From Candidatus Peribacteraceae bacterium (GTDB taxonomy: Bacteria; Patescibacteriota; Gracilibacteria; Peribacterales; Peribacteraceae), in assembly GCA_041661065.1 (NCBI GenBank), contig JBAZVD010000001.1, forward strand, positions 1,089,237 through 1,153,236: a stretch of 64,000 nt of DNA, written 5' to 3'. Position 1 is the first letter of the stretch. The number at the start of each line of letters is the position of its first letter. Both the position numbers and the translations under genes were made by a program. The notes under the pieces are model-generated. The model was not told where the DNA came from and searched no databases. It saw only the letters and a program-made list of their open reading frames with translations. Positions 36,301-45,579 of the stretch are shown here, piece by piece.

Positions 36301-39263
36301 TCGGGAGCGAGAATGCAGGGACTGCATACGGCCCCCATACCTTTGACAGCACACTTGTCCGGGAAGCTTTGGAGACCGCCGCATCCGATTGCTCCCGCTC
36401 CAGGATTCTCCATGCAGAACTCACCTCCGGTAACGCATTCGTACATGCAATCGGTACTCCGCGCGGGATTCTGCCGTGGCCAGGTGCCGAAGGGCGGATA
36501 ACCGAGCTGATCCGGGCTCCACCTCGACTCACCTTCATGAGTATTGCACCAATGCTGTCCCCTGTAATCCACTACGGTTTCCGCGCTCCCGCATTCTCCA
36601 CCCTGCAGCTCCGCGATGCCGGTGTACGTTCTTTCGGTCGCCGTAGCCGACGTGACATAGCGGTAAATAGCCAACCCGCCCGAAAGCGTCGCTTCTCCCA
36701 AGAGCGTTCCCCCGTCAACGTAGAGCATCGCTTGCTGGATGGGGATGGTGTTGAGGTAAGCATCCCGGCAACTCATGGTGAGGGTCACCTGTGCGCCCGG
36801 CGCCACGGGGCCGGTGAGCACTGCACCGCCCACACTCGCCTCCAGCAAGCACGTTTCGGTGACACTGGGGCAGAAGCTGCAATCGTAGACCTGCTTCGAA
36901 CACATCCCTTTCTCCACACCGTTCACCGTCAGCGTATACGATTCCATCCCGGGCACGATACCCGCCGCGAATTGCCGGGTAGCCGTTTGGCCGTTCACGG
37001 TGGCGATTCCCCCCTCGATCTGTACGCTCCCTGCCAGCGCTTCCGTACAGGTGAAGGAAGCGATGACGTCCTCACTGGTGCAGACTTTATCCACGGGAGG
37101 CGCGAGCGTAGCTTCGGTGACGCCGTCGCAGGCACAAGTGAAGGAGGGGGTAGGTACTTCCGTACATCCGTCCACGCAAGCCTGATAGGTGCCGTATTCC
37201 GTTTCACCCACGCCGCAGGAAACGGAATACGGGCAACTGCCGCCGCAAGGCTGGCAACTCCCCATGGCGCAGGCACCGTTCATCCCCAAATTCGAAAGAC
37301 AGGGGCCCCCTTGATTTATGTAACACGTCTGTCCGTCAGGGGCTAACACTCCCGTCCCGCATTGGCCGTCCAGCGCACCTACGTAGCAGGGAACGTAGAG
37401 TGTCGTGGGGGTGGAACACTGGTCCGTGGCGGGGTCGCAGCAGTACGCGCACTCTCCGAGTATCGTCCCGCAGCTCAGGGGGCTCCCGTCCTCCTTCTTC
37501 ATGTCCACGCCGTTCACCGTGAGCACGTAGGAGTGCGTACCCGCCCCTGCGGGAGTGACATACGCCTTCACCTCGCCGTCCTGGACATAGTAAGGGTCGT
37601 TGCCGCTCACCGTAATGGTATCCGAGAGGCTAAACTCATGCGGCTCCGTTGTCCCATACCCGTCGAAGCACTCGTAATTGATGGAGAGCGTATCACCCGT
37701 ACAATAGGAACCGATGTGGGGCGTCGTATCCTCCACGGTGCACCGGCACCAATCGGGCAGGGAGAGATCCGAATACGTCACGGTGGTGGTGAGGGTGATG
37801 GGCGGACCCCCGACGGGTGTCACGTTCGCCGTGTAGGTGATGGTCCCCGCCGCCGCCGAATTCACCTGCCGCGAGGCGGTATTCGCCGCGATGACCGTGG
37901 CGGCGCCGTTGATGAAGGCGGTTTGGATATCCGCCGCCACCGGGGAACCGCCGGAGCTTTTCCAGCAGGTGAGGTTGAGGATGACGGGTTGGTTGATGTA
38001 GTACGGACCGTTCGCCGGGTTCTTGGCTTCCCACTGGCAAGTATACTGCTCAGCCGTGGGCGGCAGGTAGCAGCCGGCACCCACGTTCCACCCCAGGAAA
38101 TTGCAGAAGTTATCCCCCTCCGCATCCGGAATGCACTGCTGCCCCACGGGACAGTCCGCATCACTGCCGCATCCTCCCCCGCAGCCCGCCTGGGAAATCC
38201 AACCCGTGCAAAAACCGCCTTCGCAGACCGGGTAATCGCGCATCTGCCAAGCGGAGGTGTAACACACGGTAGGTGCACCGCAATCCGCATCGCACGTACA
38301 CGTCCTCTGGCAGAAGCCCGAAGGATTGCACATCTCGCCGGGAGGGCAGGCGCCGCACGACCCGGCACTGCTCGCCCCCCCCTGCAACAGGCACTCCGCA
38401 GTGCACCCCGTCCCCGGCGGGTCGCACTGCTCCCCCGTTTCCACCACACCGTTGCCGCAAACGGGCGCGGGTGCGCCGCAAACAGTCGTACACGCCGTTT
38501 GGGTGCTGTAGAAATCCCCCGCGAGCGCCGTGCATTCCGTTGCGGTCTTTGCCAAACAATTGTCTTCCGAACAGCAGTACCCTCCGCAATCCATGGGGAG
38601 GGACACTTCCTGGCATGCCTGTCCTTCACATACTTCCCAGGTATAGCTGCCACCCGCGCACGCGGGGGCAGCGCAGGCAACGCCTCCGCATGCCGACCCT
38701 GCCGTCCGGTCCGAAGGCGAAAGGGTGAAGAGCCCCTCAAATGTGCGCGCGTACACCCGCGGATCCTTGAACTGGATGGTGCGTTCCACCCGGAACGACA
38801 CGCGGAAACTCTGCTGGGTGGCCGAAGCGGAGGTGTTCTGGATCCGGAAATCCTTCACAACCACCTCCGATGACGTGACTTCCTGCTTCGTACGGTTGCG
38901 GATGATGATCATGGTGCCGCTCTGGACGCCGATTATGGTGGGATTCGTCGCTCCGCATCCCGTTTGGAGCGTGAGGACCGAGCCCTCCTGCTGCGGCGGA
39001 GGATCGGTGATGCGCTCCGCGTACTGGAGCCGGTAGCCGATGTTCTGAAGGACTTGCGCGCCGTTCTGCTCCACCAGCGACATGCTCTGTTGGTTCATCC
39101 TGTTTTCCGTGGCGGTGAAGAGGAGGGGGAGGACGGTGAACGCCACGATCGCGAACACCGCGACGAATACGAGCAACTCCACGAGTGTCACTCCCGGCCG
39201 CAGCCGACGGGATGCGTGCGCCGACCGCATCGGGATGACTCCGGAAGAAAGAAGAGGGGACAT
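36297..39263 (-). CDS. Giant prepilin-type pseudopilin with Cys-rich, repeat-containing C-terminal extension (adhesin candidate)
   Basis: RLRPG|VTLVELLVFVAVFAIVAFTVLPLLFTATENR. Includes a CGNGVVETGEQCDPPG module (Myxococcus-type Cys-rich repeat pattern), dozens of Cys residues, and recurring beta-rich modules (..SYVLTVNGVDMK.., ..SYTLTVNGVEKG..). Confidence 0.85.
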   Translation of the reverse strand: MSPLLSSGVIPMRSAHASRRLRPGVTLVELLVFVAVFAIVAFTVLPLLFTATENRMNQQSMSLVEQNGAQVLQNIGYRLQYAERITDPPPQQEGSVLTLQTGCGATNPTIIGVQSGTMIIIRNRTKQEVTSSEVVVKDFRIQNTSASATQQSFRVSFRVERTIQFKDPRVYARTFEGLFTLSPSDRTAGSACGGVACAAPACAGGSYTWEVCEGQACQEVSLPMDCGGYCCSEDNCLAKTATECTALAGDFYSTQTACTTVCGAPAPVCGNGVVETGEQCDPPGTGCTAECLLQGGASSAGSCGACPPGEMCNPSGFCQRTCTCDADCGAPTVCYTSAWQMRDYPVCEGGFCTGWISQAGCGGGCGSDADCPVGQQCIPDAEGDNFCNFLGWNVGAGCYLPPTAEQYTCQWEAKNPANGPYYINQPVILNLTCWKSSGGSPVAADIQTAFINGAATVIAANTASRQVNSAAAGTITYTANVTPVGGPPITLTTTVTYSDLSLPDWCRCTVEDTTPHIGSYCTGDTLSINYECFDGYGTTEPHEFSLSDTITVSGNDPYYVQDGEVKAYVTPAGAGTHSYVLTVNGVDMKKEDGSPLSCGTILGECAYCCDPATDQCSTPTTLYVPCYVGALDGQCGTGVLAPDGQTCYINQGGPCLSNLGMNGACAMGSCQPCGGSCPYSVSCGVGETEYGTYQACVDGCTEVPTPSFTCACDGVTEATLAPPVDKVCTSEDVIASFTCTEALAGSVQIEGGIATVNGQTATRQFAAGIVPGMESYTLTVNGVEKGMCSKQVYDCSFCPSVTETCLLEASVGGAVLTGPVAPGAQVTLTMSCRDAYLNTIPIQQAMLYVDGGTLLGEATLSGGLAIYRYVTSATATERTYTGIAELQGGECGSAETVVDYRGQHWCNTHEGESRWSPDQLGYPPFGTWPRQNPARSTDCMYECVTGGEFCMENPGAGAIGCGGLQSFPDKCAVKGMGAVCSPCILAPE

Positions 39264-39279
39264 GGGGGAGGAGGAAATG

Positions 39280-39705
39280 TTACGTCGTGGGACAGTTCGT
39301 GAAGGTTTTTACCTCGTTCCAAGACCGGACCTTCACCTGCGGAAACAACTGCGTCACTTCCACTTCCAGGCGCCGCAACGCGAGGCCGCTGCGCCCTTCC
39401 GCACAGAACACGTTCTCGGCGTTTGCGTTGAAACCGATCGGGAGAATGAGGCACGAGCCCCGCGGCCAGCTGTAATACTCCTGCCCGCCGTACGCCATGT
39501 CGTTGCGCGCCTCCAGAATACCTCGTTCCACGCAGGAGCGCGCGAACTCCAACGCTTGCATGGACTGCTCCACAGAATACGCCGTATGTTCCGCGGCGCC
39601 GCCCAAGAGGAGCAGGGATGCCGCGGTGGCGGCGGCAATGACCCCCACCGCGAGGACGCTGAGGAGGAACACGAAGCCGGGGCGTGATCGGGGGTTCAGG
39701 TGCAT
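39280..39705 (-). CDS. PilX-like minor pseudopilin candidate
   Basis: MHLNPRSRPGFVFLLSVLAVGVIAAATAASLLLLG (hydrophobic N-terminus after PG). 141 aa. Overlaps the upstream gene by 10 nt. Confidence 0.6.
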   Translation of the reverse strand: MHLNPRSRPGFVFLLSVLAVGVIAAATAASLLLLGGAAEHTAYSVEQSMQALEFARSCVERGILEARNDMAYGGQEYYSWPRGSCLILPIGFNANAENVFCAEGRSGLALRRLEVEVTQLFPQVKVRSWNEVKTFTNCPTT

Positions 39706-41180
39706 GGCCGGGTGGAAGCGCCGCCGGGGCGCAAAATGATGACGTCGCGGGATGTGACCAGATAGAGGCGGTCCCGCACGGGGTCATAGAGGACGTCCTG
39801 TCCCACGGCAGGCGACGTGGCGTTGAAGGATTTCAGCTCCCCCGCCCCCGTAAAGTTCGCGATGCTCACCACCTGCAAGGCTTTCCTGCCGGAAACCGCA
39901 GCCAGGAACGCGTACTTCCCGTGCGGATCCAAACTCACGCCCGTAATGCTCCCGCTGCCGAGGTGCCGCAAAAAGGTTGTCACCGCTCCGTTCACAATCT
40001 CGGAATACCACGCAGGGCTTTGGGATGTTGCGGCATTCTTCTGGCACCCGATGAGGAGCCCCGAACCGCTCACGGCGACGGATTGGGAGGGTTGGTCCCC
40101 TCCCCAGGCCGTGAGATTATGGATCGAATTGGGGTTGAGGTTGGCATGCGTCGTATCCGTGATCCCCAACTCCATCCCTCCATCGGACAGCGCAAGAAAG
40201 GCGCCGGTACCGGCTACTGCAATACCCTTTACATCAAATCCCGCTTGCGGCGCCAATTGCCCCTGCTTGAGAGGCGTCACGGCGCCACTGTTGCTGATAT
40301 TGAACGAGAGGATCTCCGGGTTCGCCGAATTGGTGAGGCCGACGTAGAGCGTATTCCCCTTGATGGCGAGCGACGTGGGTGTTCCCGCGATGTTCACGTT
40401 CACGACGGGATTCAGCGGCGACGGGGAGGAGAGGTTTTCCACGCTGAGGACGCGGAGTTCCGCATTCACGTCGGAAGTAAGGAGGTAGAGCCGCCTCCCC
40501 TTCGCCACTACCGCCGTGGCGGTGAGCCCCCCGTAATCGTACGTCGAGGTGGCATGGGTGGAGAGGTTGAGGATGTGGAGAGCGGGTGCGACTCCTGATA
40601 CGACGTACGCCCGATCCTCCACCACGGCGATATCCTTGAGTGTGGGGTTCCCGCCGGGGGCGTACCGCCACTCCTCCGTGAGGTTGGCCCAGTCCCCTAT
40701 GGCGCACGTGGATCGCCAATCCGCAAGCTCCGACGTAAGAACCAGGCTGCCGGAGCGCCCGATGCCATGCTTCCACTTCGTCTGTGCCACGATGCGCCGC
40801 ACATTCAAAGCCGGCGTGGAAATCTGGACGTTCGTCTTGTACCCGTCCAACGCGTCCGTCTCGCTCCCGGCGAACTCCCACTTGCCGGATGCCCCCAACA
40901 GCACACCATGCTGCCCATCCGTGAGGCTGCTGAAATTCACCCCCCGCAAGTCCCGCGTCGCCTCCAGGGAACGCTCGGACAGGAATGTCGCGCGCACGCG
41001 GTCCCCTGCCATTTCCGTCCCCTCCTGGCCGTTCATGAGAACGAGGCCGGCGGACATGAGGAACATGGCGAAGAGCGCAATGCCCATCATCACCTCCACC
41101 AGCAGGAATCCCCCGCGGCGATGCGCTGCGGTGAGGGGAAGCCGGCGGGGAGGAGGGGCGAAGAGCACGGAAGGGATCAA
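39696..41180 (-). CDS. Prepilin-type protein with beta-propeller (LVIVD-repeat-like) body
   Basis: HRRGG|FLLVEVMMGIALFAMFLMSAG, with recurring ..AVVEDRAYVV.., ..VAKGRRLYLL.., ..AIKGNTLYVG.., ..AVAGTGAFLA.. blades. The probable start TTG at 41180 overlaps the upstream stop as TTGA (alternative GTG at 41168). The ORF part upstream of 41180 overlaps the preceding gene. Confidence 0.75.
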   Translation of the reverse strand: MIPSVLFAPPPRRLPLTAAHRRGGFLLVEVMMGIALFAMFLMSAGLVLMNGQEGTEMAGDRVRATFLSERSLEATRDLRGVNFSSLTDGQHGVLLGASGKWEFAGSETDALDGYKTNVQISTPALNVRRIVAQTKWKHGIGRSGSLVLTSELADWRSTCAIGDWANLTEEWRYAPGGNPTLKDIAVVEDRAYVVSGVAPALHILNLSTHATSTYDYGGLTATAVVAKGRRLYLLTSDVNAELRVLSVENLSSPSPLNPVVNVNIAGTPTSLAIKGNTLYVGLTNSANPEILSFNISNSGAVTPLKQGQLAPQAGFDVKGIAVAGTGAFLALSDGGMELGITDTTHANLNPNSIHNLTAWGGDQPSQSVAVSGSGLLIGCQKNAATSQSPAWYSEIVNGAVTTFLRHLGSGSITGVSLDPHGKYAFLAAVSGRKALQVVSIANFTGAGELKSFNATSPAVGQDVLYDPVRDRLYLVTSRDVIILRPGGASTRPCT

Positions 41181-42382
41181 CTGGGGATGAATTGGAGGAG
41201 CAGCACCGTATCCGTGTAGTCCTCGCTCTCCGGCGGGGGAGCCATGACGGCGCTGAGTTCCGTAATCACCACCGCGGCGCAGGCATTGAACGGCAAGCCG
41301 GGGAACTGTACGGATAAACCGTCCACCGAGAGGAGGTTGTAGCTCTGGAGCACACCCTTGAGTTCCGTGTTGTCGAAGAACGCTGGAATGAGGTCGCCGT
41401 TGCGGAGGATAAGAGCTTTCTCCGGCTCCGTAGCGCTGTTCGTGTCGCCCGTGGAATCGTACGTCGTCCACCCTTCCTGGCTGAAGTACCCGTGCATCCG
41501 GAGCGCAACCAGGGAATTCTGCTGGATATTCGTTTCCGTCTCCACCCGTCCCGCGTACGTGGGATCGTCTTCTTGGTTGTACAGCTTCTTCCACTGTGCC
41601 CCGCCATTCTCCGTGAACTTCATGGTGACGGGGATGTCCGGTCCGGCCCCGTACGTCAGGTTCTCCGCGAGGGTCGTGACGGTCATATCCATTTTCTGCA
41701 CCGCCCGTATGTTGCCGCTTGTTTCGATGGAAATCGTATCGCTGCACGAGACGCTTCCGCCGCCCCCGACGCACACTCCCAGAACATCCCCATGCGATTG
41801 GTGGTTCGGCCAACCGGCCAGCGGAAGGGTCATCGTCTGTTGGTTGTGCAGCCCCGGCTTGTGGCAGAGCGTCACGGGATCACCCAAGCTGGAGGAATTC
41901 CCGATGTACTCATCCCCCCCCATGTACAACGTGATGGAGACGGTGCGCTGCTGGTTATCCAATCCCTGGAGGACGATGGTCCCGGAGGCGCTGGCTTTCC
42001 CCTCCAGCTTCGTGAAGGCCACTTCCAGGAGCACGCCGTTGACCACGACGGAAGAAGGCATGGGGTAGACCTCGTCGTGAGCGGGGTCCCGCGTTGCGTA
42101 GGAGCTTCCTTTATAGAGCACGCCGGCCGGCACGTAGAACCCCCAGCCGGAATCCCCCTGTCCCGTTTGGGAAAGCATCTTTGCGCGCGCAAACCCTTGC
42201 ACCACGTTCTCCTTGGCCATGTCCAAATCCGACCGGATTTGGGAACGGCGGAAGAACACCACGGAGAACACCATGACGATGCTCAGGATGCCGATGACCA
42301 TCATCGCCTCGACGAAAGTGAAACCCCCCCTCACTCGCGGAGCTTTGGAAGAAAGGCCGCAGCGGGTTTTCAGCGTTGCCAT
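41177..42382 (-). CDS. Prepilin-type pseudopilin (GspH/FimT-like N-domain) with C-terminal extension
   Basis: PRVRGG|FTFVEAMMVIGILSIVMVF. Paralogous to ORF 42559..43203 over ~190 aa, including TLCHKPG..QTMTLPLAGWPNHQSHGDVLGVC. ATG at 42382. Confidence 0.8.
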   Translation of the reverse strand: MATLKTRCGLSSKAPRVRGGFTFVEAMMVIGILSIVMVFSVVFFRRSQIRSDLDMAKENVVQGFARAKMLSQTGQGDSGWGFYVPAGVLYKGSSYATRDPAHDEVYPMPSSVVVNGVLLEVAFTKLEGKASASGTIVLQGLDNQQRTVSITLYMGGDEYIGNSSSLGDPVTLCHKPGLHNQQTMTLPLAGWPNHQSHGDVLGVCVGGGGSVSCSDTISIETSGNIRAVQKMDMTVTTLAENLTYGAGPDIPVTMKFTENGGAQWKKLYNQEDDPTYAGRVETETNIQQNSLVALRMHGYFSQEGWTTYDSTGDTNSATEPEKALILRNGDLIPAFFDNTELKGVLQSYNLLSVDGLSVQFPGLPFNACAAVVITELSAVMAPPPESEDYTDTVLLLQFIPS

Positions 42383-42558
42383 GATTGCAGCGGATGGAGA
42401 CGGCTTACCGTACTCCCGCAAAGAGAAGGGAAGGGAGAGCACTCATCGTACGATCCGCTGGAACATGCTGAAAGGTCACCCCGGCGATTGCCCTTGACCT
42501 CACGGGACACGTGTTGCATGAGCATCAGGCGGTGCCATGCTGCCGCGCTCATCCGATA

Positions 42559-43203
42559 TCAGGGACAGGGGTTCACGGGAAAACTCTCGCAGGGGCCCAG
42601 AACATCTCCGTGCTTCTGGTGGGCCGGCCACGCGTTATCGGGAATGTGAAGCGTATGCTGGGCATGCCCCTGGCAGTGGCAGACGGTCAAACGGTCGGGG
42701 AACATGATGGGGATCCCCTCCGTGGAAATGGTGATGAGGATGCTTTCCCGTTCATTCTCCAAGCCCAGGAGGAGAATGCTTCCCGTGGCGCTCGGTTTCC
42801 CTTCCAATTGCGAGTACGTGAGCTCCGTCAGGCTGCCGGATGCCGTGATGGTGGGCGGCATGGGATAGGATTCATCGTACTGCGGATCCCGCGTTTCGTA
42901 CGTACTTCCCTGAAAAAGCGTCCCTGAGGGCACATGGAATCCCCACGGAGCGGCTCCTTCACCGTTCTGGGAGAGCGTTTGCGCGCGCGCCAACGCCTGG
43001 ACCACCTGTTCCGCGCTGCGCTGGACATCGCCGCGGATGAGCAGTTGGCGCAGGAAGGGAACGGAAAGACCGGAGAGCACCGCGAGGATACCCAGGGCAA
43101 TAAGGATTTCCAACAGGGTGAAGCCCTCCTTCGCCCTCGCGAAGTGCACCCTGAGTGAAAACGGAGAAATCGGGGCTGCGGAGGGCAGGTCTCGGCGTCG
43201 CAT
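42559..43203 (-). CDS. Prepilin-type pseudopilin (GspH/FimT-like)
   Basis: RAKEG|FTLLEILIALGILAVLSGLSVPF and C-terminal TVCHCQGHAQHTLHIPDNAWPAHQKHGDVLGPC. ATG at 43203. Confidence 0.8.
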   Translation of the reverse strand: MRRRDLPSAAPISPFSLRVHFARAKEGFTLLEILIALGILAVLSGLSVPFLRQLLIRGDVQRSAEQVVQALARAQTLSQNGEGAAPWGFHVPSGTLFQGSTYETRDPQYDESYPMPPTITASGSLTELTYSQLEGKPSATGSILLLGLENERESILITISTEGIPIMFPDRLTVCHCQGHAQHTLHIPDNAWPAHQKHGDVLGPCESFPVNPCP

Positions 43204-43290
43204 GGCAGGAAGTGTAAACCATCTGCTGTCGGTTATCACCTTTACTTCTCCGGCGATCCTTCCTGCCGGTGCTCAATCCAGACTCTTCCC

Positions 43291-45579
43291 TCATTGATTC
43301 ACGCTCCCCACGATGCTGTAGATGGGCACGATGATGGCGAAGGCGATGGTCCCCACCAGCGCGCCGATGAAGAGGAGCAACATCGGTTCCAGAATCACCG
43401 GCAGTTTTTGCGCGGTCTCGTTGGCCTTCTTCTCATAGATGTCCGCGATCTTCAGCATGATCTTCGAGAGCGATCCCGTGCGTTCCCCCGTCATCACCAG
43501 CTGCTGGACGGAGAGGGGGAGGAGTTTGTTGCTCCCGCGGATGGCGGCGAAACTCTTGCTGAAGGAATCCCCCACGAGGATGTGGTCCAGCAGGCGCTGG
43601 TAAAACCTCTGGTAGGCGATGATGGTGGTCACGTCCACCAGGGAACGCAACGAATCCACCAGCGGCACGCCGGCTTGGAGCAGGCCGCCCACTATCACGC
43701 CGAAGCGCGCAATGGTGGCTTCCCAGAGGAGGGCTCCGATGCCGGGAATGCGGAAGATGAACCACTGGAACACGATCTGCAGAGGTGTGTACTTCACCAG
43801 GATCGCAAGAAGGATGGAGATCGCGATCGTGGCGGGCAAGATGGTGGTGCCATGTTCCGCAAACATGTTGGTGAAGCCGATCAAGAGCCGCGTGACCAGG
43901 GGCAGCGGCACATTGAGAGACGAGAGCACGCTGATGAGGTTGGGCAGCACGAACATCCCCAGCCCCATGATGACGATGATCATGAGGACCAGGACGATGG
44001 CGGGATAGATCATGGCCATCTTCACCTTCCCCCGCAGCGCCTCATCCTTCTCCTGCTGGCCCGACAAGTACTGCATGTTCTCCGCCAGGTTCCCCGCCTC
44101 CTCCCCGATGCGGACCAGGGCCAAGGCATCCGGCGTGAAGAAGTGCTCCATCTGCATGGCGCGCCACAGCGGGCTTCCGCTCTCCACCCTGTCCACAATG
44201 CGCTGGATGAGGGCGCGCGCCTGTCTGTTGTGCGTCTCCATTTGGAGCGTGCGCAGGGAATCGATGAGCGGCAACCCCGCATTGAGCATGGTCGCCAGGT
44301 TCTGGATGATTTGGAACCGCTCCTTCCCCATACCCACATGGCGGAGGGTATTGGTGATACCCACGAAGATGTTTTCGCGGCTGCGGAGGGAGAGCCGCTT
44401 CTTGGGGAGAGCCGTGCTGGGGACCTGCACCTGTTGCGCCGCTTCCAGTTCTTTCTTCTTCTGTGCCTCTTCTTCTTTACGGTGCTTCTCCGCCTGCTCC
44501 CGCAAGGCTTTCTCGTCTTCTTGCTGGCGCTTGCGCATCCCCTCCAGTTGTTGCTTCTCCTCGGGTGTCAGCTCCCGGGGAGGAGCGGCGTCCGCCGCTT
44601 GCGAAAGCAGCGGGGCGGGCTGCATTCCCGGGGACGGGGGGGGCAGCATTTGCTTGCGGATGAACGTTCCTCCCTGCGGTTGCAGGAATTTTCCGCCGTC
44701 CTTTTCCTGCGCCTGCAGTACGGCATCCAAGTCCACGGGGGCGCCGGGCTGTTCCTCCGCCTTCGCCGTCTTCTCCTTCCCGGGGGCGGCCGAGTCGGCA
44801 CCGAGTGGTATGTCCATGCGCACCTCTGCTGCTTTCGACCGGGAAAGAGCGGGATGCGCGCCGGGAGCGGCAGACCTGCGCCAGAAGGCGAAACGTTCCC
44901 AGAACCCCGGCTGCCTCTGTCCCGGTCGGGTGGGATGCGCTTCCACGGAAAGGATTTTCTCCCGTTCCGCGGGAGGGACTGCCGCATGAGGGGCTTCTTT
45001 GGTGAGGGGAAGGAACTCCCCTTTCCGCGGCTCTTCGGACGCGCTTCCCTCTCCCCCTTCCGCCGAGGAAAGTTCTCCTTCGCGCAGGTGCTGCGGCTTG
45101 ATTTCCCCCAGGATGGCGTCCAGGTCCACTGCGCGCAGCGTGTCCTCCACCTTTTTCCCTCCGACGGGAGGAACGGGCGGGGCCGCGGGAGGCGCGGGGA
45201 TGGACGGTTCCGATTCCTCATCCTCCAGGAGGGTCTGTGAAAGTTCTTCAGCCGGTGGCGGCTCGGCTTCTGCATCCGCGGGCGTGAGCGACGGAGGAAG
45301 TTCCAAATTCGCCGTTCCGAGCATCGCGTCCAAGTCCACCTGCCGCAGGAGCGCTTCCACGTCCTGCTTGGTCTTCCCTTCCGGATGGCTCACGGGTTTC
45401 CGGTGGCGCTTGTAATGGCGGCGCCTGCGGTGCGCCACTCCCCGCTTCCCTTCCCCGTCCTGTCCGGCTTCCTCCCCTTCCGTATGGCTTGCCATGCCCC
45501 TGCCTTTCGAGAGGAACGGCAGGAACGACCGTAGCAGCGAGAAGAATGCCGACTGTTTCCGCTCATTCTTTGTTGCCAT
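43291..45579 (-). CDS. pilC: Type IV pilus/T2SS platform protein (PilC/GspF/ComGB family) with ~360-aa low-complexity N-terminal extension
   Basis: The C-terminal ~400 aa carry two T2SSF repeats (..NLATMLNAGLPLIDSLRTL.., ..GGLLQAGVPLVDSLRSL..) and 3 TM segments. The N-terminal part is E/K/P/A-rich. Confidence 0.9.
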   Translation of the reverse strand: MATKNERKQSAFFSLLRSFLPFLSKGRGMASHTEGEEAGQDGEGKRGVAHRRRRHYKRHRKPVSHPEGKTKQDVEALLRQVDLDAMLGTANLELPPSLTPADAEAEPPPAEELSQTLLEDEESEPSIPAPPAAPPVPPVGGKKVEDTLRAVDLDAILGEIKPQHLREGELSSAEGGEGSASEEPRKGEFLPLTKEAPHAAVPPAEREKILSVEAHPTRPGQRQPGFWERFAFWRRSAAPGAHPALSRSKAAEVRMDIPLGADSAAPGKEKTAKAEEQPGAPVDLDAVLQAQEKDGGKFLQPQGGTFIRKQMLPPPSPGMQPAPLLSQAADAAPPRELTPEEKQQLEGMRKRQQEDEKALREQAEKHRKEEEAQKKKELEAAQQVQVPSTALPKKRLSLRSRENIFVGITNTLRHVGMGKERFQIIQNLATMLNAGLPLIDSLRTLQMETHNRQARALIQRIVDRVESGSPLWRAMQMEHFFTPDALALVRIGEEAGNLAENMQYLSGQQEKDEALRGKVKMAMIYPAIVLVLMIIVIMGLGMFVLPNLISVLSSLNVPLPLVTRLLIGFTNMFAEHGTTILPATIAISILLAILVKYTPLQIVFQWFIFRIPGIGALLWEATIARFGVIVGGLLQAGVPLVDSLRSLVDVTTIIAYQRFYQRLLDHILVGDSFSKSFAAIRGSNKLLPLSVQQLVMTGERTGSLSKIMLKIADIYEKKANETAQKLPVILEPMLLLFIGALVGTIAFAIIVPIYSIVGSVNQ

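Noticed and set aside
41181-41813. The N-terminal 210 codons of ORF 39696..41813.
   Set aside because: This part overlaps the 3' half of the preceding pseudopilin gene (41177..42382) in another frame and has no pilin features. The prepilin motif appears only after 41180, where a TTG/GTG start overlaps the upstream stop.
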